This document shows positions 36,350-45,336 of a stretch of DNA of 64,000 nucleotides, piece after piece. The DNA is taken from the IMG/VR virus record IMGVR_UViG_3300032561_000012, positions 20,543 through 84,542 of that record; one strand, written 5' to 3'. How positions within the stretch are numbered: the first letter of the stretch is position 1; every line of letters starts with the position of its first letter. The position numbers and the translations under genes were made by a program. This stretch comes from a virus. Under the pieces are notes generated by a model. That model made no database searches. It saw only the letters and a program-made list of their open reading frames with translations, and was not told the origin of the DNA.

Positions 36350-38074
36350 ATGGCCTGGAAAAAATATTTCAAAACAGCAAACTCAAATTCTGCGGGATTA
36401 ATGAGTCCAATTGGTAGCGGTGGTAATCTACCAGATCCACGTTATAGCAACTATGCTAGCCAACTACCAGAAGTTTACATTGGACACCCAAATCGTACAG
36501 AACGCTACAATCAATACGAACAAATGGACATGGACAGTGAAGTAAACGCGGCACTAGATATCCTTGCTGAGTTCATGACGCAACCTAATATTGAAAACGG
36601 CACAGGTTTTGATTTATTCTTTAAAGAAGATCCAACAGACAACGAAGTTAAGATACTTAAAGACCAATTACAACAATGGGTTAGTTTAAACGATCTTAAC
36701 AAACGCCTATTCAAACTAGTGCGTAATACTATCAAATACGGTGATCAGGTATTCTTGCGTGACCCAGAAACATTTAAGTTATTTTGGACAGAAATGTTCA
36801 AAGTGACCAAGGTTATTGTTAACGAAGCAGAAGGCAAAAAGCCAGAGCAATATGTTATCAAAGACCTAAACATCAATTTTCAAAACCTAACAGCCACAGC
36901 ATTGAGCAGTAGTGATACCTTTGTTAATCACCCGCAGGTAGGTGGACCAAGTGGTAGTTATGTACAACCACAAACACCCTACAGTGGCGGCAGTCGTTTT
37001 AGTCACGCTAAAAATGAAGCTGTTATTGATGCAGAACACGTAGTACACCTAAGCCTAACAGAAGGTTTGGACTTAAACTGGCCATTTGGTAACAGTGTAT
37101 TAGAAAGTATCTTTAAGATCTTTAAACAAAAAGAACTACTAGAAGATGCTATTATTATCTATCGTATACAACGTGCTCCAGAACGCAGAATCTTTAAGAT
37201 TGACGTAGGTAACATGCCAACACACATGGCTATGGCCTATGTTGATCGTATCAAAAATGAAATCCACCAACGTCGTATTCCTACGCAAACAGAAGGTGGA
37301 CAAAACATGATGGATGCTACCTACAATCCATTATCAACTAACGAAGACTACTTTTTCCCAACTACAGCAGATGGTCGTGGATCAACAGTAGAAGTATTCC
37401 CAGGTGGACAAAACCTTGGTGAAATTACAGACTTGCGTTATTTTACTAACAAGATGTTCCGTGGTCTACGTATTCCCTCAAGCTACTTGCCAAACGGTAT
37501 TGACGAAAGTGAACGCACATTCAGTGACGGTAAAACAACCACAGCACTTATTCAAGAATGGCGTTTTAACCAATACTGTATGCGCCTACAACGTTTGATT
37601 GTTGAAAAACTAGACATGGAATTTAAAATGTTCATGCGCTGGAGAGGTGTAAACATTGACAACAGCTTATTTGAACTACGTTTCAATGAACCACAAAACT
37701 TTGCCAAATATCGTCAAGCTGAGCTTGATCAAACACGTATTGCTACATTCACGAGCCTAGAAGGTATTGGGTATTTGAGCAAACGTTTCCTACTAGAACG
37801 TTACCTAGATCTAAGCGAAGAAGAAATGACACGCAACGATGAGCTATGGGCTCAGGAAAACGGTGTAGTAGAAGATACTACTGCTCCTGATGCTGGTCTA
37901 CGTAGCGTTGGCGTAAGTAATGCAGGTATTCAACAGGATTTAGAAACTCTAACGCCAAATCCTGAAGGACAACTGCCGGCTGGCGCAGTGCCAGGAGGCC
38001 CAGAAGAAGCAGGTGCTCCAGGTAGCGCACCAGCTGGCGGTGGTGGTGCTCCCGCTGGTGGATTAGGTTTGTAG
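36350..38074 (+). CDS. gp20: Portal protein
   Basis: LLEDAIIIYRIQRAPERRIFKIDVGNMP, EDYFFP and LRIPSSYL are T4 gp20 family motifs. Confidence 0.95.
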   Translation: MAWKKYFKTANSNSAGLMSPIGSGGNLPDPRYSNYASQLPEVYIGHPNRTERYNQYEQMDMDSEVNAALDILAEFMTQPNIENGTGFDLFFKEDPTDNEVKILKDQLQQWVSLNDLNKRLFKLVRNTIKYGDQVFLRDPETFKLFWTEMFKVTKVIVNEAEGKKPEQYVIKDLNINFQNLTATALSSSDTFVNHPQVGGPSGSYVQPQTPYSGGSRFSHAKNEAVIDAEHVVHLSLTEGLDLNWPFGNSVLESIFKIFKQKELLEDAIIIYRIQRAPERRIFKIDVGNMPTHMAMAYVDRIKNEIHQRRIPTQTEGGQNMMDATYNPLSTNEDYFFPTTADGRGSTVEVFPGGQNLGEITDLRYFTNKMFRGLRIPSSYLPNGIDESERTFSDGKTTTALIQEWRFNQYCMRLQRLIVEKLDMEFKMFMRWRGVNIDNSLFELRFNEPQNFAKYRQAELDQTRIATFTSLEGIGYLSKRFLLERYLDLSEEEMTRNDELWAQENGVVEDTTAPDAGLRSVGVSNAGIQQDLETLTPNPEGQLPAGAVPGGPEEAGAPGSAPAGGGGAPAGGLGL

Positions 38075-38093
38075 GTTTTTGGTAAATAATAAC

Positions 38094-38318
38094 ATGAACC
38101 TACTAGAAGTCTTTGACCAAATGCCGCAGGGCTATCGCAGCGAAAAAGAAGATCATACTGAGATAAAACTCAAAGATCTACGTAAAACCAAGCTGACTCT
38201 AAAGCAGATTAATCGCCTACGTATTATGAATGATGTACGTAAGTTAGAACACGAACAAAAGATCACAGGCGTACAAAAACAGTACAAAGCCCCTCCAGCT
38301 GAAGCGTCAGTAGCATAG
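38094..38318 (+). CDS. Small conserved head-module protein
   Basis: MNLLEVF...DLRKTKLTLKQINRLR; GTAAATA late promoter at 38082-88, 5 nt before the ATG. Confidence 0.7.
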   Translation: MNLLEVFDQMPQGYRSEKEDHTEIKLKDLRKTKLTLKQINRLRIMNDVRKLEHEQKITGVQKQYKAPPAEASVA

Positions 38319-38450
38319 TTATCCTCCAAAACGATTCAAAAAACTAGCATTTAACCCCCTTTTCTGTAATAAAAAGTAAATATATTAACATAATACATTT
38401 ACTCTCAAGTATTAGTCCGGATTTAATATTAATTTTTAAGGAGTTCTTAA

Positions 38451-39389
38451 ATGAGCAACAAATACGAACAATTAGTCGAATTCATCATTAACGATGAAAC
38501 AGACAAAGCTCGTGAACTTTTCCACAAGATCGTTGTAGAAAAATCACGTGATATCTATGAAAGTCTAGTTGAAGAAGAAGACCTAGACGAAGTAATGGGT
38601 GGCAACGAAGTTGAAGAAATGGTTAACGACGTTCAAATGGACGAAGAAGGCATTTCAGAAGAAGAAGAAGAGTTTGGTGACGAAGAAGATTCTGAAGAAG
38701 ACGAAGATGGTGCTTTTGATCACGACGAAGGTCACGAAGAAGCTGGTGAAGCTGAATTAGAAGATCGCGTGGTTGACCTAGAGTCAGCACTTGACGAACT
38801 TAAAGCAGAATTTGATGCACTAATGGCTGATGAACAACATGAACCAGAACATCATGATGGTGTTGACGATCCAAATTTTGGCGGCGAAGAAGACATGATG
38901 TACGAGTCAGCTGAAGACGACGAAGAAGATGACGAAGAAGACGACGAAGAAGATTTAGAAGAATCTATCGTTCGTGAATACGTTGAAAACGTTGGTACAC
39001 CTTACTCAGGTGAATTAGATGGTAAAGAAGGTAAAACAGTTGGTACAGGTAAAAGCTTCAAATCACCTATCCAAACTAAAGACCCTGTAGCATCTAAGAA
39101 CGACATGGGTGGTTCAGCTAAGAATATCGCTACTGGTAAAGCTAATGCTAATCCAGATGGCAACACACCAGCTAAAGAAGGTGCTGCAAACGCTTACAAG
39201 AAAGGCGAAACAAAAATGCCACACAGCGGTCAATTTAAAAACGTACCAGGCAGCAAGAAAGTTTGGGATGGTGGCGGAGATGGCGGTCACGGTGCTGAAA
39301 AGAAAGGCGCTGGTGAAGGTAAACTAGCTGGTAACGACGGTAGTCGCCCAATTGGCAAAACACCTGTTATCAAAACAACACCACGTTAA
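38451..39389 (+). CDS. Highly acidic prohead core/scaffold-like protein
   Basis: D/E-rich middle and G/K-rich C-terminus; lies between portal and protease (gp67/68 position); AAGGAG RBS; GTAAATA at 38376. Confidence 0.6.
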   Translation: MSNKYEQLVEFIINDETDKARELFHKIVVEKSRDIYESLVEEEDLDEVMGGNEVEEMVNDVQMDEEGISEEEEEFGDEEDSEEDEDGAFDHDEGHEEAGEAELEDRVVDLESALDELKAEFDALMADEQHEPEHHDGVDDPNFGGEEDMMYESAEDDEEDDEEDDEEDLEESIVREYVENVGTPYSGELDGKEGKTVGTGKSFKSPIQTKDPVASKNDMGGSAKNIATGKANANPDGNTPAKEGAANAYKKGETKMPHSGQFKNVPGSKKVWDGGGDGGHGAEKKGAGEGKLAGNDGSRPIGKTPVIKTTPR

Positions 39390-39408
39390 TTATTAGGAAA
39401 CCATAGCA

Positions 39409-40050
39409 ATGGCATTTTATCTTAAAGAGAACTTAACTTTTGACGCAGCTAGAATGGAGGTTCTAACAGAATCTTCAGCTGACGGCAAAGGTAAGAATCT
39501 TTACATGAAAGGTATTTTCATTCAAGGTGGCGTTAAAAACCACAATGAACGTGTATACCCAGTAACTGAGATTGAAAGAGCCGTTAGCACACTAAATGAA
39601 CAAATCAAGGGTGGCTACAGCGTCTTAGGCGAAGTAGATCACCCTGATGATTTGAAAATCAATTTAGATCGCGTGTCACATATGATTACTGATATGTGGA
39701 TGGATGGTCCTAATGGTTTTGGCAAATTAAAGATTCTTCCTACTCCAATGGGTCAGTTAGTTCAGACCATGTTGGAATCAGGAGTAAAACTTGGTGTTTC
39801 ATCTCGTGGTAGCGGCAACGTGAACGAGGGAGACGGCAAAGTAAGTGACTTTGAAATAGTCACAGTAGATGTAGTTGCGCAACCAAGCGCACCAAATGCA
39901 TATCCAACAGCTATCTACGAGGGGTTGATGAATATGCGCGGTGGCAGTAAGGTATTCGAGATGGCAAAAGAAGCCAGCGCAGATCAAAAGGTACAAAAAT
40001 ATTTGAAAGAGCAAGTTACTCGCTTGATCAAAGATTTGAAAATTAAATAG
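39409..40050 (+). CDS. gp21: Prohead protease
   Basis: GIFIQGGVKNHNERVYP, LGEVDHP, GVSSRGSG and DVVAQPSAP motifs. Confidence 0.95.
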   Translation: MAFYLKENLTFDAARMEVLTESSADGKGKNLYMKGIFIQGGVKNHNERVYPVTEIERAVSTLNEQIKGGYSVLGEVDHPDDLKINLDRVSHMITDMWMDGPNGFGKLKILPTPMGQLVQTMLESGVKLGVSSRGSGNVNEGDGKVSDFEIVTVDVVAQPSAPNAYPTAIYEGLMNMRGGSKVFEMAKEASADQKVQKYLKEQVTRLIKDLKIK

Positions 40051-40059
40051 GAGATCACA

Positions 40060-41154
40060 ATGTTAGACGCTATCAAACCATTGTTGGAAAGCGGCATCAT
40101 TAATGAAGATACTAAGCAAGCTATCAGCGAAGCTTGGGAATCACAAATTAATGAAGCACGTGAAGCTGTTCGCTCTGAATTGCGCGAAGAGTTTGCACAA
40201 CGCTATACACATGACAAACAAGTAATGGTTGAAGCTCTAGACAAAATGGTTACTGAAAGTCTCGCCGCTGAACTCAAAGAGTTCGCCGAAGAGAAACAAG
40301 CTCTTGTTGAAGACCGCGTGAAATTTAAACGTCACATGGTTGAATCAGCAGGTAAGTTTAATGACTTTATGGTTACTAAACTTGCAGAAGAAATCAAAGA
40401 ACTACGTGCAGATAAGAAAGTTCAAAACGAAGCAGTAGCTAAGTTAGAACGTTTTGTTATTCATGCGCTAGCTGAAGAGATCAAAGAGTTTGACCAAGAC
40501 AAGCAAGCTGTTGTTGAAACTAAAGTAAAACTAGTAGCAGAAGCTAAACAAAAATTAGCTAAACTACAAGAAGCTTTTGTTGCTCGCAGTGCTAAACTTG
40601 TTAAGGAAGCAGTGGCAAACAATCTAGGCTCAGAACTAGCTCAACTTAAAGAAGATATCCAAGCTGCTCGTGAGAACATGTTTGGTCGTCGCTTATTTGA
40701 AGCATTTGCTCAAGAATTCGCTGTTACACACTTAAGTGAAAACGCTGAATTCGCAAAACTTAAAGCAGAAATTGCAACGAAAGATGCAGTGATCGCTGAA
40801 AGCAAAAAAGCACTAGCTGAAAAAGAAGTATTAGTTGAGTCAAAAGAAAAAGAAGTTCGAGTAATCAAAGAAAGTGTAACTCGCAAGGAAGCACTAAACG
40901 GTTTACTCAAAACATTAAACAAAGAGAAAGCTGAAGTAATGAGCAGCCTACTCGAGAATGTGCAAACTGATCGTCTTCAGGCTGCATATGAAAAGTATCT
41001 ACCAGCAGTTCTAAACAACACTCCAGCTGTTAAAGCTGAAAAAGCTGTATTAGCTGAGAGTCGTGTAGAAGTGACAGGTGATAAATCTGCTAAAACAGAC
41101 GTAGAAGTTGCTACTAATGTAGTCGACATCAAACGTTTAGCAGGGCTAAAATAG
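40060..41154 (+). CDS. gp22: Prohead scaffolding protein
   Basis: E/K/A coiled coil between protease and major capsid protein. Confidence 0.8.
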   Translation: MLDAIKPLLESGIINEDTKQAISEAWESQINEAREAVRSELREEFAQRYTHDKQVMVEALDKMVTESLAAELKEFAEEKQALVEDRVKFKRHMVESAGKFNDFMVTKLAEEIKELRADKKVQNEAVAKLERFVIHALAEEIKEFDQDKQAVVETKVKLVAEAKQKLAKLQEAFVARSAKLVKEAVANNLGSELAQLKEDIQAARENMFGRRLFEAFAQEFAVTHLSENAEFAKLKAEIATKDAVIAESKKALAEKEVLVESKEKEVRVIKESVTRKEALNGLLKTLNKEKAEVMSSLLENVQTDRLQAAYEKYLPAVLNNTPAVKAEKAVLAESRVEVTGDKSAKTDVEVATNVVDIKRLAGLK

Positions 41155-41182
41155 TAGTAAATTTTAAAAGGAAAATAAAGAA

Positions 41183-42361
41183 ATGACAACCCAACTATTA
41201 GAAGGCCGTTGGAACGAGACCAAAGACGCCCTGTTAGAAGGTCTACAAGGTTCAAAAAGAACCTCAATGGCAATTATTTTGGAAAACACTAAGAAGCACT
41301 TGATGGAAACTGCAACTAGTGGTGCTACAGCAGTAGGTAACGTAGCAACATTAAACCGCGTGATTCTTCCAGTGATTCGTCGTGTAATGCCAACTGTTAT
41401 CGCTAACGAAATCATCGGTGTTCAACCAATGACTGGCCCTGTAGCGCAAATCCACACTCTACGTGTGCGTTATGCTGACTCACAAGCTGCTGGTTCAATT
41501 GGTGGCGACGCTGCAAGTCCAGGCGATGAAGCATTATCACCATTCAAAATTGCTGTAGCATACTCAAGCCAAACTTCAACAGGTTTAGCTGCATCTACAA
41601 GCTCTTTAGAAGGTACACCAGGTAACAGAATCAACGTTCAAATCTTAAAACAAGTTGTTGAAGCGAAAACTCGCAAACTATCAGCTCGTTGGACATTTGA
41701 AGCTGCGCAAGATGCACAATCTATGCACGGTCTAGACGTTGAAGCTGAAATCATGGCTGCTCTAGCACAAGAAATCACTGTTGAAATCGACCAAGAGATT
41801 TTAAACAGCTTGTTAGCTTTAGCACCAAACACATACAACTACAACCAAGCTACTGTATCAGGTACTGCTACATTCGTTGGTGACGAACACGCTGCTCTAG
41901 CTGTTCTAATCAATCGTTCAGCAAACTTGATTGCACAACGTACACGTCGTGGTGCTGGTAACTGGGCAGTTGTAAGTCCAGAAGCTTTAACAGTGTTACA
42001 ATCTGCAACTACTTCAGCTTTTGCTCGTAGTACAGAAGGTACATTTGAAGCTCCAACAAACAACAAATTTGTTGGTACATTAAACAATGCTATGAAGATC
42101 TATGTAAACAGCTATGCTGCTACTGGTACTTCAGTATTGTTAGGTTATAAAGGTTCTAGCGAAGCTGATGCAGCTGCGTTTTATTGCCCTTATATTCCTC
42201 TAATGAGTTCTGGTGTTGTGTTGGATCCTAGCACATTTGAACCAGTAGTAGGTTTCATGACACGTTATGGTTATGCTGAACTTACAAATACTGCTTCATC
42301 TCTAGGTAACGCAGCTGACTACTTAGAAACAATCGGTATCTCAAACCTATCATTCCAATAA
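41183..42361 (+). CDS. gp23: Major capsid protein
   Basis: IIGVQPMTGP, RKLSARWTFEAAQD, AAFYCPYIPL and FMTRYG motifs. Confidence 0.96.
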   Translation: MTTQLLEGRWNETKDALLEGLQGSKRTSMAIILENTKKHLMETATSGATAVGNVATLNRVILPVIRRVMPTVIANEIIGVQPMTGPVAQIHTLRVRYADSQAAGSIGGDAASPGDEALSPFKIAVAYSSQTSTGLAASTSSLEGTPGNRINVQILKQVVEAKTRKLSARWTFEAAQDAQSMHGLDVEAEIMAALAQEITVEIDQEILNSLLALAPNTYNYNQATVSGTATFVGDEHAALAVLINRSANLIAQRTRRGAGNWAVVSPEALTVLQSATTSAFARSTEGTFEAPTNNKFVGTLNNAMKIYVNSYAATGTSVLLGYKGSSEADAAAFYCPYIPLMSSGVVLDPSTFEPVVGFMTRYGYAELTNTASSLGNAADYLETIGISNLSFQ

Positions 42362-42386
42362 TATTGGTTTAGTAGTTTTAAGAAAT

Positions 42387-42417
42387 AAAAATAGCACCTT
42401 CGGGTGCTATTTTTTTA
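42387..42417. terminator. Bidirectional intrinsic terminator with cUUCGg loop
   Basis: aaaaatagcacc-ttcg-ggtgctattttttt between convergent genes. Confidence 0.9.
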
Positions 42418-42418
42418 T

Positions 42419-42745
42419 CTAAGCATAATACTCAAAACGTTTTGTTATATCATAGCCATCTTTGCGTTTAATATTTCTTACAGCTTGTAGCAGTACGTTA
42501 GCATCTTTTTGACAAAAGTTGGGATGCCTAAAATTCCACGCACGCTTGCTTTCTGCACGTTCTAAACAGTATAACAAATCCATTTTAACATCAAAACTTT
42601 TAGTAGTTCTAAGCAATTCATTCATATCTTGTATGTCTAAAAAATATTCTACATAATTCTTAGTAGCGTTAATAGTATTGTAGTTAGTAGCACCACCTTT
42701 AAAAACAGGTTTAACACCTTTGTATTTTGCAGTATACCAAGTCAT
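42419..42745 (-). CDS. Hypothetical protein, probably early-expressed
   Basis: 108 aa with AGGAG RBS and its own sigma70 promoter. Confidence 0.75.
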   Translation of the reverse strand: MTWYTAKYKGVKPVFKGGATNYNTINATKNYVEYFLDIQDMNELLRTTKSFDVKMDLLYCLERAESKRAWNFRHPNFCQKDANVLLQAVRNIKRKDGYDITKRFEYYA

Positions 42746-42772
42746 TATCTGCTCCTAGTAAAAAGAAATGCT

Positions 42773-42801
42773 AGTATAACATATTTTGGTTAAAAAGTCA
42801 A
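42773..42801 (-). promoter_or_regulatory. Sigma70-type promoter
   Basis: TTGACT, 17-nt spacer, TATACT on the minus strand. Confidence 0.8.
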
Positions 42802-42830
42802 GCATAATTATTGAGTATCAATGGATTACA

Positions 42831-42838
42831 TATAAATA
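42831..42838 (+). promoter_or_regulatory. Perfect late promoter TATAAATA
   Basis: Exact consensus upstream of ATG 42877. Confidence 0.75.
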
Positions 42839-42876
42839 CAGTTACTATACTATCAAATTCCTTAAGGAGAATTCAA

Positions 42877-43281
42877 ATGGCAGATGAACAAGTAGTAGAC
42901 CCAGTACCAACTCCAGCACAACTAGCGGCTGGTGCAACAGAACCAGTACCAGCTCCAACTGTAGCAGAACCAGCGGTAGCACCAACTACTCCTGAAGTTG
43001 TGACTCATAGTGAAAGTTTATTGGCTAAAGTAGCTAAAGATTTGGAAAACAGCAAATTAGTAGTTGCGGCTGAACAGGCAAAACAAAAAGCCCTTTTAGC
43101 AGTAGTAGCAGATACTAAAGCTGGCATTGACAAACTACATGCTGACTTAACAGCATTTACTTCAACAATTAAAGCTGAAGAACAAAAAGTTGTAAGTTGG
43201 ACAGAAACACACAAAACTAAAGTGGCTGCGATTGTTATCGCTGTCGCAGTTCTTGCTTGGTTAGTAGTTACTAAACTATAA
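42877..43281 (+). CDS. Hypothetical tail-anchored membrane protein
   Basis: ATG 42877 with AAGGAG; Pro/Ala-rich N-terminus, coiled coil, and C-terminal hydrophobic helix VAAIVIAVAVLAWLVV. Confidence 0.7.
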   Translation: MADEQVVDPVPTPAQLAAGATEPVPAPTVAEPAVAPTTPEVVTHSESLLAKVAKDLENSKLVVAAEQAKQKALLAVVADTKAGIDKLHADLTAFTSTIKAEEQKVVSWTETHKTKVAAIVIAVAVLAWLVVTKL

Positions 43282-43294
43282 ACTAAAGTGATTC

Positions 43295-43320
43295 AAAAAG
43301 CCCCTTATAGGGGCTTTTTC
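43295..43320 (+). terminator. Intrinsic terminator
   Basis: aaaaagcccct-tat-aggggcttttt. Confidence 0.85.
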
Positions 43321-43333
43321 TTTGGCTATTGCG

Positions 43334-43340
43334 ATAAATA
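43334..43340 (+). promoter_or_regulatory. Late promoter (ATAAATA)
   Basis: Immediately after the terminator. Confidence 0.65.
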
Positions 43341-43418
43341 TACTTGTTCACTCAGACAAGAGAGTTTATGCAGCCCCACTGCGTAGGCCTAGAACGCCAT
43401 TTATAAAGGAGAAAACAA

Positions 43419-43850
43419 ATGGGACGTCCAATTAAATTAACACAAAGCAGTTCAATTGACAAAGGTTACAACACTGGCTACGGTGGCACTATTGGTGCTG
43501 GCCATGCCATTACAAGCGTTTATACTATTGCTTTCAATTACAAAACAGCTGGTAATGTATTAGTCACAAATGGTTATGCATCAACACAAAAAGGCGCACA
43601 AAAGTTTACAGTTGCTAACGCGGCTGGCGGACAAACTACATCAGTTTATCTAGTAAACCCAACAAGTGGTTTTGCAAATATGGCTGCTAACACAGCGGCA
43701 GTATTATGCTATAACACAAGTAATGTAGCTTTCTATGCTAAACGTATTACAGACCATTGGGTTAAAGACTGGAATGGTAACAGATATGTTTACAAATCTG
43801 GACTTAACGTAGTAGCAACAGCTAACTGGGCAAACGTTGCAACAAACTAA
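43419..43850 (+). CDS. Virion structural protein (possible head decoration)
   Basis: MGRPIK start; monocistronic late unit with strong RBS and its own terminator. Confidence 0.55.
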   Translation: MGRPIKLTQSSSIDKGYNTGYGGTIGAGHAITSVYTIAFNYKTAGNVLVTNGYASTQKGAQKFTVANAAGGQTTSVYLVNPTSGFANMAANTAAVLCYNTSNVAFYAKRITDHWVKDWNGNRYVYKSGLNVVATANWANVATN

Positions 43851-43866
43851 TTGATTTAGTTAAATT

Positions 43867-43897
43867 AAAAATAGCACCTACGGGTGCTATTTTTTTT
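43867..43897 (+). terminator. Intrinsic terminator with cUACGg loop
   Basis: aaaaatagcacc-tacg-ggtgctatttttttt; stem identical to the gp23 terminator. Confidence 0.9.
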
Positions 43898-43947
43898 GTC
43901 TCTGGTGTTGAATAAAACAGATAAATAATAGAAACTGGAAGATTTAA

Positions 43948-44550
43948 ATGGCAATCGTTAAAAAACTTGGTGCACCTTATACCATAACAACTACCAATAA
44001 CAGCGATACTATTACGCTAGCAACTACATCACCTCTTGGTGTAATCATTGCCGGCAATTTAACTGTAATAGGCAATACTGCGCAAGTAGAGTCAAATGTT
44101 ACTAGTATCACTGACAATTTTGTAACTCTAAATGCAGGTGAAACTGGTCATGGGGTTAGCTTACTCGGCACAACTTCAGGTATTATTATTGATCGTGGAT
44201 TGTATGCTAATGTAAAATTACAATGGCAAGAAGGCGCAAACGTTTGGCAAGTAAGTGATAACACAGGCATAAACTTTGTTAATATAGCCACTAGCTCAAC
44301 AACCATTGCTAATCTACAAGCAGATCCAAATCCAACTTTAGGTGGTAATCTGCTGACCAATGGATATCACATAGAATTTGACTACACTAATATAATTCCA
44401 AGTGCAACAGCTAACGTTGCTACAGCCACACAAATTTATGCGGCAGCTCCAGGTAGTGCTGGTAGCGGATTATATGTGACCAATTCTAGTACAGCTAACC
44501 AAGAATTAGTAACTAAGAGTAAAGCAATTGTTTACTCATTAATATTATAG
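43948..44550 (+). CDS. Virion/fibre structural protein
   Basis: GNLTVIG..ITDNFVTLN..IDRG motifs typical of fibre proteins; ATAAATA at 43921. Confidence 0.6.
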   Translation: MAIVKKLGAPYTITTTNNSDTITLATTSPLGVIIAGNLTVIGNTAQVESNVTSITDNFVTLNAGETGHGVSLLGTTSGIIIDRGLYANVKLQWQEGANVWQVSDNTGINFVNIATSSTTIANLQADPNPTLGGNLLTNGYHIEFDYTNIIPSATANVATATQIYAAAPGSAGSGLYVTNSSTANQELVTKSKAIVYSLIL

Positions 44551-44559
44551 GATTTTAAA

Positions 44560-44868
44560 ATGGCAATACAAAATACATTACTCACAACAGTTCCTAGCAG
44601 TGTCTATACCAGTACAGGTAACAGTGCTGTTACATCAGTATATTTCTGTAACAGCGGAGCAACCGCAGTTAACTTCAGCGTGTGGGCTGTGCCTAATGGC
44701 AGTACTGCTAACATCAATACTCGCATCTACAATAATATACAGTTAGCATCAGCTGATACTTACGTGCTAGACGTAGAAAAATTGATCTTAGGCAACGGTG
44801 ATAGTGTACAGGCTAACGCTACTGCAAATACATCAATCTCTACTACACTTAGCTACATAGGAATCTAA
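44560..44868 (+). CDS. Small virion protein (paralog of 51080-51412)
   Basis: About 100-aa beta-rich protein with VYT...CN...KLILGNGDS. Confidence 0.6.
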   Translation: MAIQNTLLTTVPSSVYTSTGNSAVTSVYFCNSGATAVNFSVWAVPNGSTANINTRIYNNIQLASADTYVLDVEKLILGNGDSVQANATANTSISTTLSYIGI

Positions 44869-44872
44869 TCTA

Positions 44873-45298
44873 ATGGGACGTTTTGCTAAAAATACAGTAT
44901 TCCGTTCAGGCACGCACGCCATTGGAATTCCCGTTGGAACTAGTAGTGTAGGACCTGATAGTCCCACTGTAGGTCAAGCACGATGGAACACAACAACATC
45001 ACGTTTTGAATACTACAACTCAGACAATGCATGGGTCGCAACAGCACATGAAGGCACAGTGAACATTGTTAAAGACAGTTTCAGTGGCAATACTGTGCAG
45101 ACACAGTTTACTATGAGCAAATCATATACTTCAGGTAGCGAAGCTAACGTTCTAGTATTTGTGGGTCAAGTGTATCAAAATCCTGGAGTTGCATATACAT
45201 TTAATGGTACTACCACAGTAACATTTACATCAGCACCAGCAACTGGTACAAATAACATTCTTTTATTACATAACTTTTCAAGTACAACAGCCATCTAA
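44873..45298 (+). CDS. Small virion protein
   Basis: IPVG..GQARWNTTTSRFEYY plus LVFVGQVYQNP..Y..TFTSAP modules, shared with 48245 and 57680. Confidence 0.6.
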   Translation: MGRFAKNTVFRSGTHAIGIPVGTSSVGPDSPTVGQARWNTTTSRFEYYNSDNAWVATAHEGTVNIVKDSFSGNTVQTQFTMSKSYTSGSEANVLVFVGQVYQNPGVAYTFNGTTTVTFTSAPATGTNNILLLHNFSSTTAI

Positions 45299-45336
45299 CT
45301 TTTTCTGATAAATAGTAGAAGAAGGGGTTATAATTA

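Noticed and set aside
38560-38970. GAA/GAC-rich repeats as a DNA repeat element
   Set aside because: They are simply Asp/Glu codons of the acidic prohead core protein.
42811-42876. Extended N-termini in the ORF track (also at 26268, 34096, 38079, 53181, 62362)
   Set aside because: They overlap promoters or neighbouring genes; downstream ATGs with better context were chosen.
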